Shown: one piece after another, positions 9,573-18,979 of the stretch
Layout: each line of letters starts with the position of its first letter
How positions within the stretch are numbered: the first letter of the stretch is position 1
Notes under the pieces: model-generated
Database searches by the model: none
What the model saw: only the letters and a program-made list of their open reading frames with translations
What the model was told of the DNA's origin: nothing
IMG/VR virus record: IMGVR_UViG_3300037400_004847
Reading direction: 5' to 3' (one strand)
DNA: 20,000 bases
Source: an uncultured virus (IMG/VR IMGVR_UViG_3300037400_004847)
Lineage: Duplodnaviria > Heunggongvirae > Uroviricota > Caudoviricetes
Made by a program: the position numbers and the translations under genes

Positions 9573-12500
9573 TCAGTTTCAGATGATTCACTCCATATCG
9601 CGTACCATATAGTCGCTTCTCTAACAGTTGTTGTACTTCCGGGTTCTTTATCACCAGATTTAGCAAACTTATTTTCAGACCATCCACGGAATGTTTTCGA
9701 ATCATCATCATATACCTCCCCAAATGTAATTGTTTCTTCATATTTGCAATAATATGAACGGTTAGCATTATCTCTTTCACCAGCAATTTCATCCCAATAT
9801 CCGTTTCCGTTTAAATCAAATGTTACCATGAAACGATTAATTTCCCAACCAGGTATATTTGGATTTGTACTATTGGGGTATTTCGGACTGAATCTATGCC
9901 TCAAACCGGTATAATCTGTCGCAACCATTTCAATCCTATTCGCCAATGCCCTACGTTGCAAAATATTTCCTATATAATTTTTAATTAAGTCATATGTGAT
10001 TTCATCAATATTAATGTATAAATATTCTTCTTCAATTAATGTACCACTACCTGTTATTTTATGTTGTTCGTCTATCTTACATTCCACTACTTCAAAATCA
10101 TATGGAAAATATTTAAAATAATATAAATTATCACTAATAACATTTGTTATGCCAAAACCAAGTTTATATTCTTCAACAGTTTTATACTTCATTACGGTTT
10201 CTTTTTTCATTACAGGATTTCCATTTTCATCAGTTATAGGATTGCCTTCATCATCTTTTTCAGGTATATCAGTATCGATTTCCTCTGTTCCATCCTCCAC
10301 TTTTGACGTAATAACGGCTAACTCCATATAGCCACATATATTAACAAAAGCGTAAACCGGTGAAATAGCACGACATTCATTATTAGTTCTTGCAACAACA
10401 AAAAATTCACCAAGTAAAGTTCCGCCGGTAAATTCGCCAGTATTACTTATTCCAAATGTAGTTTTTCCATCACCATTATTATTATAATCACTATCATATA
10501 ATTTAAAATAATCATTTACAGATACGACATTGCCATTTTTATCAATAACTTCACTAACTAAATCCGTATTAGTAAGTCTAATTAATGTTTCGACATCCGT
10601 ATTAAAACCAAATAATTTATAATTATAATCTTCATCAAATTTATCATTATAATAAATCGGTGTTTGCATCTTATCACCAGTTATAGAAGAATTGACCATA
10701 TTAATCTCATTAATTGGATAATTCTGTTGCTTATTAGATGGTGATAAATTATAAACAAAATACATCACTTCATCAGGACCATTTTCAAATGACAAATTTA
10801 ATTTACTTTGAGATTGGTCAATGCAATTATTAACCGATTCTTCTTCAAGAGTAATTGTTAAACCTCCATATATTTCTTCACTTAAATCACAATTAGCATG
10901 GTCTTTTAATTTCATTGTTGATGAAACAGGTAATAAAGGAACATATTGATTTTTATACTCAGAAGATGGATTAACATAATATTCTTCAAAATCCTTATTA
11001 TCCAAAGGTGCGTTAGTACCACAAATATAACGTTCCGTCGGCATCGCATCCTCTTCATCTCCATTTAACGTTTCTATTGTTTTTATTTGCATTTCATAAG
11101 AACCAACTTTTGCTTCCATAAATTTCTTATCAACAGTAACACCGTTAAAAATTTTACCAGCTAATAAACCATTAATTGAAACTTTTTTACCGTTTTTTGA
11201 TTCATTAGATGGTTTATAATACGGGATACCATTCATATTAGCCCATGCAACATATTTTATATCCATAATTTTATCAAGTATATGAAAACCAAACAACTTG
11301 CTTGTTTTTGGCAAATTCGTAACTTCTACAGGAATAGTCTCTCCATTAGGAACATTATCATTCGTTTGGCTAGATGAATTTATTACGCCAACAAAAAAAG
11401 CGTATTTCGCCCTATTATCCTTTGGGTAACCAGATGCATTATCTAATGCACATGTAACATTGCCATTTACCGTAACACCCCCACCAAAACGTTCACTATC
11501 TTTCGTCGATAATGACGGTATCATTATATCTTCTATTCTGTCAGTTTCATTAAAATAATATGTTAGTTTATTTTTCTCTGAAAACTCCAAAATATTTCTA
11601 TTTGTATTATTTTCATCCACTTTTTCAGAACGATGCGCCACAAAAAATGCAACTGGCATATCATCTGTTGTTGCTCTAAATGTAATCGTTTTATATTCTT
11701 CTGGACAAGTCAGCCAAAATGCCGCTTTCATTTCAGAAATAAATTCTTGTTTTAATGTTAAAATATCGTCACATTCTGAAATAATGATATCCCTTTCAGC
11801 TTTCACTTCTCCATTATAGGTGTCCGGATAACGTCTTTTAAGCTCTTCAATGATTCCGTTTAATCGGATATCCGTTAAAATCCCACTTTGAGTTGATATT
11901 GGAAATCCTGAATCAACTGACTTAGCACTTTCTACCGCTTTATTTATATTCTCAATAGACTTCTTATAAGATAAAAGTTCATCCCATTTATAACGCCCGT
12001 TATCATAATCAGAAATATGCAACCAGTTATCACTAAATTTAGTCAATTCAAAATTATTAATACTGACTCTATTAGAAGAAGTACTTGCGTCATCTCTTAA
12101 TGTAAAACCGGTACCCCAATCACTAATAACGTCATAATCAATTACGTCATTAATATAAAGTTTATATGGTGTAGAATCTTTTACCATAACCGTTTGAGTA
12201 AACTTATTATTTGTTACTCTTCCATCGCATAATTCAACAATTGTCACTTTATAACGTTCATCGCCCTTTGGAATTCCGAAAATATAAGGGTTTGTCGGAT
12301 TGGCTTTATCCTTATTAAGCCAATAAGGTGAAGTACCTCCTTTATCAAGTTCTATTATAAACTTTCCATTAAAACCATCAATATCATTCAGTGATTCTAT
12401 TATAATTCTATATGAATTGATTTCTTCCCCTTTTAAACCATCGATAATATTGTAGATAGCTATCGTACCGCCAATAAGACGTGAGTAAGTATAGTCATGT

Positions 12501-15500
12501 GCCGCATCTACTACTTCCCCCACCTTTTCCTTATCTTTCGCAATTTCCTCTCTGCTATTATTATGTGTAGCAAGTAAAACATTATCAGGACGTTTAAAAT
12601 TAGTTGTTTCAAGATTATACCTTAACAATGGGAAAGACAAGTCAAAATCAATGCTTAATATTTCACCATCATTATCGGTAACAGTCATCGTATAATAACC
12701 ATTATCTAATGCGCAAATAGATTCCATGCATTTTTGTACATAGTCATTTCCTTGTTCGGCAACAACAGAACTATTTGCAATGATAATTTTATCATCATTA
12801 ACATCCTTCAGATTAAATTCGGCAGGACTATTATTATCTTGAATGATAATATCACATGGTAATGAAACATTACTCAAATCGATTTTTACAAAGCCGTCCT
12901 GTTGACCATCTATGCCATCAGTACACCAACTATTAGCTTTTGTTTCAATTCCTATCGGACTTACGGCTTCTTCAGAATTATAACATTCGGCAAAAAACTG
13001 ACTATTAAACTTATCAATGGCGGTTTTACCGACTTTTAAACCAAAATAAAAATAGAATGAATTTTCATAACGAGGTAATGTAAAATTACTATCATAAAAA
13101 TATGGCTTTTTTCCCATTCTAAAATCATAATAGCCGGGACTAAAATCTTCAAGATTATAATTATATTGATAAGTTATTCCGCTACATCCTCTTTGTCTGG
13201 AAGACATTGCATCATATAATGATTTATCAAAATTATCAACATAAATGTGTCTGAAATCATATTCTTTCAAACCGTTATCGGTGTTTAACTTTGTACGTAA
13301 CTCATTACCATTTAATGTAGCGAACATACTGCGCTCATTATCATTATATAACTCATCTTTTGAAATAAAACCATCTGGTACAAGTGTTTCAAAAGCGTTA
13401 TCTCCACTACTTTCTACAGCTGCTATATTCGGAACTTCCTTTGTTTCATCCAATGCAACGCCAAATTCGCATATTCTTGAAAGATTTATACATGACTTTG
13501 GCATTACTTCAATCGTGGAACATCCTATGCCGTAGAATAATCCGCCATCAGGTTCACCGCACATATCATCATTACTATTACCCCAATCATTACCAGTCAT
13601 TTCACTTGTTGAAACTTGGTCAAGAATATTAGATATAGTACCATCCTCATTAATACGCGGTTCTACAACATTATCAGTAAATAGCATATTCTGAGGAAGT
13701 TTATATGTCGTAGATTCCAATGACTTGAAAAATTGCGGGACTCCATTTAAATCACAGTCATTAAGACTACCGAGTAAGATGATATCAGTAGCAAACAAAA
13801 GTTTCAAAAAGCCTTTCTCATCTTCACCCTCTTTCGTAAATCCATCTGTAGTGGCATCATATTCAACCGGTTTATAATAATATACAGTTTGCCCTAACAT
13901 TGTCTTACGTGTTCTGATTAAACCGGTATTAAGCCCAATAATAGTCTTTTCCTCATGGCAATCATCACCACAATTTATATCTCCATTCATAAAATGTGCT
14001 GTTTGTTGTTCTCCATCATGATTTGCATAAGGAATAGTACCTTTACGAAAAACAGCGCATGGGTGGAAAATTCTAACTAACCCATTATAAACATGGTCAG
14101 CAGAACACCACTCATCCTTTGCACGTCTTTTAAACAAACCGAACAAAAAACTTCTCTTTGGTGTTATTTTTCTAAACCAAAGGGGTGAATATAACGTACC
14201 ATTTATCCAGTCATTTTGAAAATTGAATGATGTTGCATCATTGTCTTCAGCTAATTGAGATTCCACGCAGTTATATAATTCGGCACTTTTATTAATTGCT
14301 GTCGTTCTATCTTCCGGATTAACTTCTCCATTAATCTGATGGTTATTATGTGCGTCTTTTGTCTTATTCCATACGCATTTTAACAAGCCAAATGTAAGTC
14401 CAAGGAACATGCCGCAACCTGGATAGAATGTATAGGCATGTGTCACGTCGCCACTACAAAATTCTGATGAAATAGCGATACAAGATGGTGTCATCATCTC
14501 AAAAATATCTGCAATACCATCAAAAACAGCACCTATTGGGCAACCCAAACAAACATTAATAAGTGTTTTGCCAAATGCTCTAATCCTAATACGCATTGCA
14601 TTGAAAAGATTCGCAATCTGACGGAAAAATTGGGCTAACTGGCATGGTATCATGCCTAACAATGTAATGAGGTTGTTAAGAAAACCAACAAGTTTAATGA
14701 ATATCTTAGTTAATACACAAATAAATCTATATGTAAATGATAATCTAATACTAAGATTATTATAAGGCATGGGATTATTATCACCATAATGATTAATCAA
14801 TTTAATGCCCGTATGTTTTCTATTTGTTATCTTAGTATTTTTCTGTATTCTTGGGATATAATTCTTTACACTATATACTTTATTCCAAAACAAATCACAA
14901 TAACTTTCCTCCCTTGTATTTGTACCAAATTCATAGTCTGGTTCATGGGCCTCATCAGCAGTAAACACAGGGAATCTCTCTGCATCAAGTCTTGGATTAT
15001 TCGGCACAAGGTATTTACATCTTTTTCTCGCTGTATTATCACTTGGTGGGTCATCCAATGAAATTCTAAATCTCACCCTCGCTCTAGTAGGAATACCTTT
15101 GTCTGGATTATCAGTAGGAACAAGATTGCCAAACTCATCAGTCATCACATAGTCAAGATTCATTGGTATTTGGTAACACCATACGCCATCACCATCAATA
15201 ACACGGTTTCCTTTAATCTGAAATTCTTCTACCTTGTTATCAATAGTTTTACGAATCATTTCTATTGACCCTTCACCAGAAACCAAATCAGACATCTTAC
15301 CTACATTCTCAGTACCTGCACAGTTTTTACCAATTGCATTGCTACCTGTATCTGTAATAATGCTTCCAATGAAAATACAAGTAGGCTCAAACTTATAGTC
15401 AACTTGAATATCACAACGTGTAACTGCAATATTGTCTGGATTATCCGTAGTATCGCCCCAAAAAGGATAAACAAAGACACCGACATCTTGTGACTTAATC

Positions 15501-16141
15501 TGTGCAAGACTATTTAAATTAGTATCTTTTTTAAACGTAGTAGGACTTTCAAAAAGGTTCATATTAAAACCTTTATATGCAAGGTCACGTGGTTTTTGGC
15601 TTAATAATCCGATGTCAGACAAATCAACGTCCATATGAAGGGTATGATTACCAGTAGGTATTCCATAAAGCATATAATCACCAGCTGTGTTCGTTACTGT
15701 TGTGTATTTCCAAAACTTATCAAATACCTCAATAACATCATCATTATCAAGCACATATCTCTTATTAGGGAATGTACCGACATTTTGATGACATTCTTCA
15801 TCTACATAATCAGGTAAAAGATTATACCTCACTCTGTCGTTATTAGTGTCATTAACTGATGAATAAGGATAAAGAACACGTTTATCCATTGACATCGTAT
15901 TATCGGTTTCAATAAAAATCGAAATTTTTGCATTTGATACACCAACGCCACCATTGGCTAATACACGACCAACAACTATACCCTTATCTGATTGATATAA
16001 ATTATATGAATTTTTTTGGTCTATCTTAAGTGATAGAATCTGAAATTCATCATATGTCTGGTCAAGGTGTACATTGACCACATTAGGGGCATCCTGACCA
16101 ACTTTTGTCCTTATTCTATAAGATTTATAACCCTCTGCCAT
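9569..16141 (-). CDS. Giant multidomain baseplate/tail (putative host-attachment) protein, 2190 aa: N-terminal carboxypeptidase-regulatory-like beta-sandwich, hydrophobic Cys-rich segment, SprB-like repeat, C-terminal Flg_new/InlB B-repeat-like domain
   Basis: 6.6-kb ORF following the baseplate wedge genes. Motifs: GIVVGRVLANGGVGVSNAKISIF...TNTAGDYMLYGIPTGNHTL; SWC...DGFVKIDL...LDNGYYTMTVTDNDG; VTFDLNGNG...FRGWSE...TIWYAIW. Confidence 0.85.
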   Translation of the reverse strand: MAEGYKSYRIRTKVGQDAPNVVNVHLDQTYDEFQILSLKIDQKNSYNLYQSDKGIVVGRVLANGGVGVSNAKISIFIETDNTMSMDKRVLYPYSSVNDTNNDRVRYNLLPDYVDEECHQNVGTFPNKRYVLDNDDVIEVFDKFWKYTTVTNTAGDYMLYGIPTGNHTLHMDVDLSDIGLLSQKPRDLAYKGFNMNLFESPTTFKKDTNLNSLAQIKSQDVGVFVYPFWGDTTDNPDNIAVTRCDIQVDYKFEPTCIFIGSIITDTGSNAIGKNCAGTENVGKMSDLVSGEGSIEMIRKTIDNKVEEFQIKGNRVIDGDGVWCYQIPMNLDYVMTDEFGNLVPTDNPDKGIPTRARVRFRISLDDPPSDNTARKRCKYLVPNNPRLDAERFPVFTADEAHEPDYEFGTNTREESYCDLFWNKVYSVKNYIPRIQKNTKITNRKHTGIKLINHYGDNNPMPYNNLSIRLSFTYRFICVLTKIFIKLVGFLNNLITLLGMIPCQLAQFFRQIANLFNAMRIRIRAFGKTLINVCLGCPIGAVFDGIADIFEMMTPSCIAISSEFCSGDVTHAYTFYPGCGMFLGLTFGLLKCVWNKTKDAHNNHQINGEVNPEDRTTAINKSAELYNCVESQLAEDNDATSFNFQNDWINGTLYSPLWFRKITPKRSFLFGLFKRRAKDEWCSADHVYNGLVRIFHPCAVFRKGTIPYANHDGEQQTAHFMNGDINCGDDCHEEKTIIGLNTGLIRTRKTMLGQTVYYYKPVEYDATTDGFTKEGEDEKGFLKLLFATDIILLGSLNDCDLNGVPQFFKSLESTTYKLPQNMLFTDNVVEPRINEDGTISNILDQVSTSEMTGNDWGNSNDDMCGEPDGGLFYGIGCSTIEVMPKSCINLSRICEFGVALDETKEVPNIAAVESSGDNAFETLVPDGFISKDELYNDNERSMFATLNGNELRTKLNTDNGLKEYDFRHIYVDNFDKSLYDAMSSRQRGCSGITYQYNYNLEDFSPGYYDFRMGKKPYFYDSNFTLPRYENSFYFYFGLKVGKTAIDKFNSQFFAECYNSEEAVSPIGIETKANSWCTDGIDGQQDGFVKIDLSNVSLPCDIIIQDNNSPAEFNLKDVNDDKIIIANSSVVAEQGNDYVQKCMESICALDNGYYTMTVTDNDGEILSIDFDLSFPLLRYNLETTNFKRPDNVLLATHNNSREEIAKDKEKVGEVVDAAHDYTYSRLIGGTIAIYNIIDGLKGEEINSYRIIIESLNDIDGFNGKFIIELDKGGTSPYWLNKDKANPTNPYIFGIPKGDERYKVTIVELCDGRVTNNKFTQTVMVKDSTPYKLYINDVIDYDVISDWGTGFTLRDDASTSSNRVSINNFELTKFSDNWLHISDYDNGRYKWDELLSYKKSIENINKAVESAKSVDSGFPISTQSGILTDIRLNGIIEELKRRYPDTYNGEVKAERDIIISECDDILTLKQEFISEMKAAFWLTCPEEYKTITFRATTDDMPVAFFVAHRSEKVDENNTNRNILEFSEKNKLTYYFNETDRIEDIMIPSLSTKDSERFGGGVTVNGNVTCALDNASGYPKDNRAKYAFFVGVINSSSQTNDNVPNGETIPVEVTNLPKTSKLFGFHILDKIMDIKYVAWANMNGIPYYKPSNESKNGKKVSINGLLAGKIFNGVTVDKKFMEAKVGSYEMQIKTIETLNGDEEDAMPTERYICGTNAPLDNKDFEEYYVNPSSEYKNQYVPLLPVSSTMKLKDHANCDLSEEIYGGLTITLEEESVNNCIDQSQSKLNLSFENGPDEVMYFVYNLSPSNKQQNYPINEINMVNSSITGDKMQTPIYYNDKFDEDYNYKLFGFNTDVETLIRLTNTDLVSEVIDKNGNVVSVNDYFKLYDSDYNNNGDGKTTFGISNTGEFTGGTLLGEFFVVARTNNECRAISPVYAFVNICGYMELAVITSKVEDGTEEIDTDIPEKDDEGNPITDENGNPVMKKETVMKYKTVEEYKLGFGITNVISDNLYYFKYFPYDFEVVECKIDEQHKITGSGTLIEEEYLYINIDEITYDLIKNYIGNILQRRALANRIEMVATDYTGLRHRFSPKYPNSTNPNIPGWEINRFMVTFDLNGNGYWDEIAGERDNANRSYYCKYEETITFGEVYDDDSKTFRGWSENKFAKSGDKEPGSTTTVREATIWYAIWSESSETE

Positions 16142-16150
16142 TAAACACGC

Positions 16151-16423
16151 TTAAATTGCTTTATTTGCTTTCTTTTTCTTTGAAAAATCCTTTATTCTAA
16201 AATGCGCCTCTTTACCAGTAATAAGACATCCGATGATATACAGCAGCATCGGCACTATCATAATAATAATTACAACGCCGCAGAAAATTCCAAAGCAAAA
16301 CTGCAATAAAATCTGTATTATTTTCATAAACGGATTAAGTTTCTTCCCATTATTGTCTTGAGAACCACCACCATCCGCGTATTTCTCCATTTTCTTATAT
16401 TTGTTTTTACAATTACAAGCCAT
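16151..16423 (-). CDS. Small membrane protein, 90 aa, with N-terminal CxC motif, ~35-aa hydrophobic stretch and basic C-terminus
   Basis: MACNCK start; hydrophobic IIQILLQFCFGIFCGVVIIIMIVPMLLYIIGCLIT; ends KKKKANKAI; stops 9 nt before the giant gene's ATG. Confidence 0.8.
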   Translation of the reverse strand: MACNCKNKYKKMEKYADGGGSQDNNGKKLNPFMKIIQILLQFCFGIFCGVVIIIMIVPMLLYIIGCLITGKEAHFRIKDFSKKKKANKAI

Positions 16424-16477
16424 ATTTGTTGTTAATTATAATATATAAAAATAATAAAAATAACATTTTATATCAAC

Positions 16478-16511
16478 AAAAAATCATCCTATTCTCACGA
16501 ACCGGATGATT
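16478..16511 (-). terminator. Rho-independent terminator after the baseplate wedge gene
   Basis: Minus strand reads AATCATCCGGTTC-GTGA-GAATAGGATGATTTTTTG: 8-bp perfect outer stem (16482-16489/16504-16511), short inner stem, GNRA tetraloop, U6 tract, about 30 nt after the stop. Confidence 0.8.
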
Positions 16512-16540
16512 AACTCTAATAAATTATATACTGATTATTT

Positions 16541-18583
16541 TTAACGTTCTTTCACATTTACTCTAATGTCACGATTAGGATATTTTACCTCTAAAAGACT
16601 ATTTGCTTCTGTAAATAATATCTTATCACTTGCCTTCAAATCAATTCTTCTATCAAAATTGCTATCAGCCTCCGAATATTCGTCATAACAACAATCATTT
16701 ATATCAATTAACTCTTGTGTTGTTTCATCATCTGAATAACCGTTTTCAGTACCAACTTTGTTATATGCCCTTAATTCAATAAGATTCTTAACACCATCCA
16801 ATTTAGAAATCTCCTTTTCTAAATCACCAAGGAAATATTCATCGCCCATTAAATGATTACGTACATCCATGTACTCAGTTACCTTCTCAATTACTCTCTT
16901 AACAACCTCTGATTTTTCATATGCTTTATCTACGAATATATCAATTTCGAATGAAATATTAATAACTTTACCAGAACGTATTTCCACAAAATCATTAATC
17001 ATCTTATACATAGTCAAATATTCCTTAATGTTATTTGCCACATATTCAGACAATTTACTATCAAGATGACCTTCAGAATCCAAACCAATTGTATAAATAA
17101 CAACTTTGTTATTTTCCTCAATAACACCACATCTGAAAGGTGTGCCATATTTTGCCGGTAATTCAATTATCCTTGCAACATAATCATGCAATGTCACACA
17201 TCTGTTCTTAGCGGCAGAATTATATTTAATCAACTGTCTCAATTCTTCATCAGACGGTTCATCTTTTCCACCATATGACGGTGTTGTATTGGTAACACTC
17301 AATGAAGACTGTACATCCCTTTTTTTCCTTGAGTCCTCATTATCCTCACAATTACCCTCAATCGTCATACTTAAATTGGTAATATTAGTTAACGTATCTT
17401 TTGCAATATTGCTCTGTTCACCACCGCCAACTCTATAAAGTATATACATTGTCGTATTAGGTTCAGGCAATACACCCATATAATCATTAGCGGCCATACG
17501 TGACATTATGTACTTTGTAAATTCTTTCGCTTCTTCTGGAATAGTTCCATACTGATTTTTAATACCTGCACCAAATATAACTTTTAATGAATTATTGTCG
17601 GTAAATTCAGTAATAAACTTATTCTTAAGCCTTTTCCATTTACCTCTTACCACACGTCTAATTTGGATAGGTTCTTCAAGTTCAACCCTTTCACCGCTTT
17701 CATCCAATACATATTTTGTCGTTTCGATATCCCAAACAGGATTATATTTGCCATCACCTTCAGCCGCTTCTATCTCATAACCAAATCTATATTGGTCAAT
17801 AAGATTATCAACTTCAAAAAATCTATTAATGGGTTTGTTATCCTTTCCGTTGAATATTTCCTCATCGACACTATAATCTGAAATCATAGGATTAGTTGAT
17901 AAATCAGTTCCCTGCTTCACAATTATACTCTCCACACCAAGTATGTCAGTATCCTGTATGAGAACACTCATAAATGGTTTAATATCCGCATTCGTAATGA
18001 CTTTCTTATAAACTTTACTTTGACCTGCGACGGCAATACCTAATTTTTTATATGTATAACTTATGATATTACCGTTTGAATCACGATTAGGAATAATTTG
18101 TCTGTTTGATATACCATTTTCATCAAATTGTTCCTTGAAATTAACATCGTACATTAATTCAAACGTGACAAGACCGGTAGAAAATAATGTTCCCCTCTTT
18201 ACATATGGCGCATAATTTTCATCTGCTTCCCTTAAATTACCAGTTGCGACGCTTCCTTGTGCATTCAAAGGTAATTCACAAGATAATTCAATCTCAACAA
18301 CGGCGGCTTTTTTACCGGGAACTTTAACGTTATTATTCCTTGCAATGTTAAGTAATGATTTTCTTTGGCCGGCCGCATTTACAGATGTTTCCTGATATGT
18401 TTTGTCAATATGATAGTTAATTGCATCAGCGACATCAGCAAAAATATCAACAAACCAGCTTCCTACTGAAGCATCATTATAGTTATCGGTTATATCTGGA
18501 TAATATTTCCTGCTTATATCAAGTATAGCATTTCTGAAATCATCAAAATTACGTGCAGAGTATTGTATTCTACCTTCAGCCAT
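16541..18583 (-). CDS. Baseplate wedge subunit, T4 gp6 / P2 gpJ-like, 680 aa
   Basis: N-terminal YSARNFDDFRNAIL...DASVGSWFVDIFA...SLLNIARNN and the later GGKDEPSDEELR...NRCVTLHDY match the gp6-type GG-x-D-x-E...R-(C/A)-V-T-x-x-D-Y signature. Directly follows a gp25-like gene. Confidence 0.9.
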   Translation of the reverse strand: MAEGRIQYSARNFDDFRNAILDISRKYYPDITDNYNDASVGSWFVDIFADVADAINYHIDKTYQETSVNAAGQRKSLLNIARNNNVKVPGKKAAVVEIELSCELPLNAQGSVATGNLREADENYAPYVKRGTLFSTGLVTFELMYDVNFKEQFDENGISNRQIIPNRDSNGNIISYTYKKLGIAVAGQSKVYKKVITNADIKPFMSVLIQDTDILGVESIIVKQGTDLSTNPMISDYSVDEEIFNGKDNKPINRFFEVDNLIDQYRFGYEIEAAEGDGKYNPVWDIETTKYVLDESGERVELEEPIQIRRVVRGKWKRLKNKFITEFTDNNSLKVIFGAGIKNQYGTIPEEAKEFTKYIMSRMAANDYMGVLPEPNTTMYILYRVGGGEQSNIAKDTLTNITNLSMTIEGNCEDNEDSRKKRDVQSSLSVTNTTPSYGGKDEPSDEELRQLIKYNSAAKNRCVTLHDYVARIIELPAKYGTPFRCGVIEENNKVVIYTIGLDSEGHLDSKLSEYVANNIKEYLTMYKMINDFVEIRSGKVINISFEIDIFVDKAYEKSEVVKRVIEKVTEYMDVRNHLMGDEYFLGDLEKEISKLDGVKNLIELRAYNKVGTENGYSDDETTQELIDINDCCYDEYSEADSNFDRRIDLKASDKILFTEANSLLEVKYPNRDIRVNVKER

Positions 18584-18595
18584 CTATATTAAAGT

Positions 18596-18979
18596 TTATA
18601 AATTAGTCATTATTTGATATTGTGTTGTTCCACCGTTTTCTGCGACACTATATTTTATACTGGCGACAAGTCCTAACCCGTCATTAATTTCATAAACATT
18701 TATTTCGTCAAGAGAACAGTTTGGAATATTTCTTTTTACCATATCTTTTATTTCAGATACAACATCGCCAAATGTCTGTGAATCATTTGGATTAAAAATA
18801 AATTGGATAAGCTTTGAGCCAAAAAGAGGTCTTCTTATCCTCTGACCCATTGGGGTGAAAATAAGATGCATAATCTGTGATTTTATTCCCTCGCCTGCTG
18901 TTTTATCTAAATCAACAAATGTCTTTTCATAACTTTTGACATTAAAAGGAAAGCGTATTCCAAATTTTTGTGTTCTCAT
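18596..18979 (-). CDS. Baseplate protein of the GPW/gp25 family (sheath polymerisation initiator), 127 aa
   Basis: Typical size; GIRFPF at the N-terminus and LIFTPMGQRIRRPLFGS matching L-x-T-x-x-G-E-R-x-x-x-P-x-F-G; adjacent to a gp6-like gene. Confidence 0.9.
   Translation of the reverse strand: MRTQKFGIRFPFNVKSYEKTFVDLDKTAGEGIKSQIMHLIFTPMGQRIRRPLFGSKLIQFIFNPNDSQTFGDVVSEIKDMVKRNIPNCSLDEINVYEINDGLGLVASIKYSVAENGGTTQYQIMTNL

Noticed and set aside
10200..10300. DDEGNPITDENGNPV mini-repeat and similar D-x-x-G-N turns in several proteins, as possible Ca-binding repeats
   Set aside because: A common beta-hairpin turn motif; no full EF-hand or regular array.
18830..18860. GQR in place of the usual GER in the gp25 motif
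   Set aside because: A single conservative substitution encoded by an ordinary CAG codon; no support for recoding or changed function.
16541..18979. Bacterial contractile injection system (T6SS/eCIS/tailocin) instead of a phage
   Set aside because: The T4 gp6-type wedge, free-standing endonuclease, GATC avoidance and absence of bacterial housekeeping genes fit a large lytic phage better.
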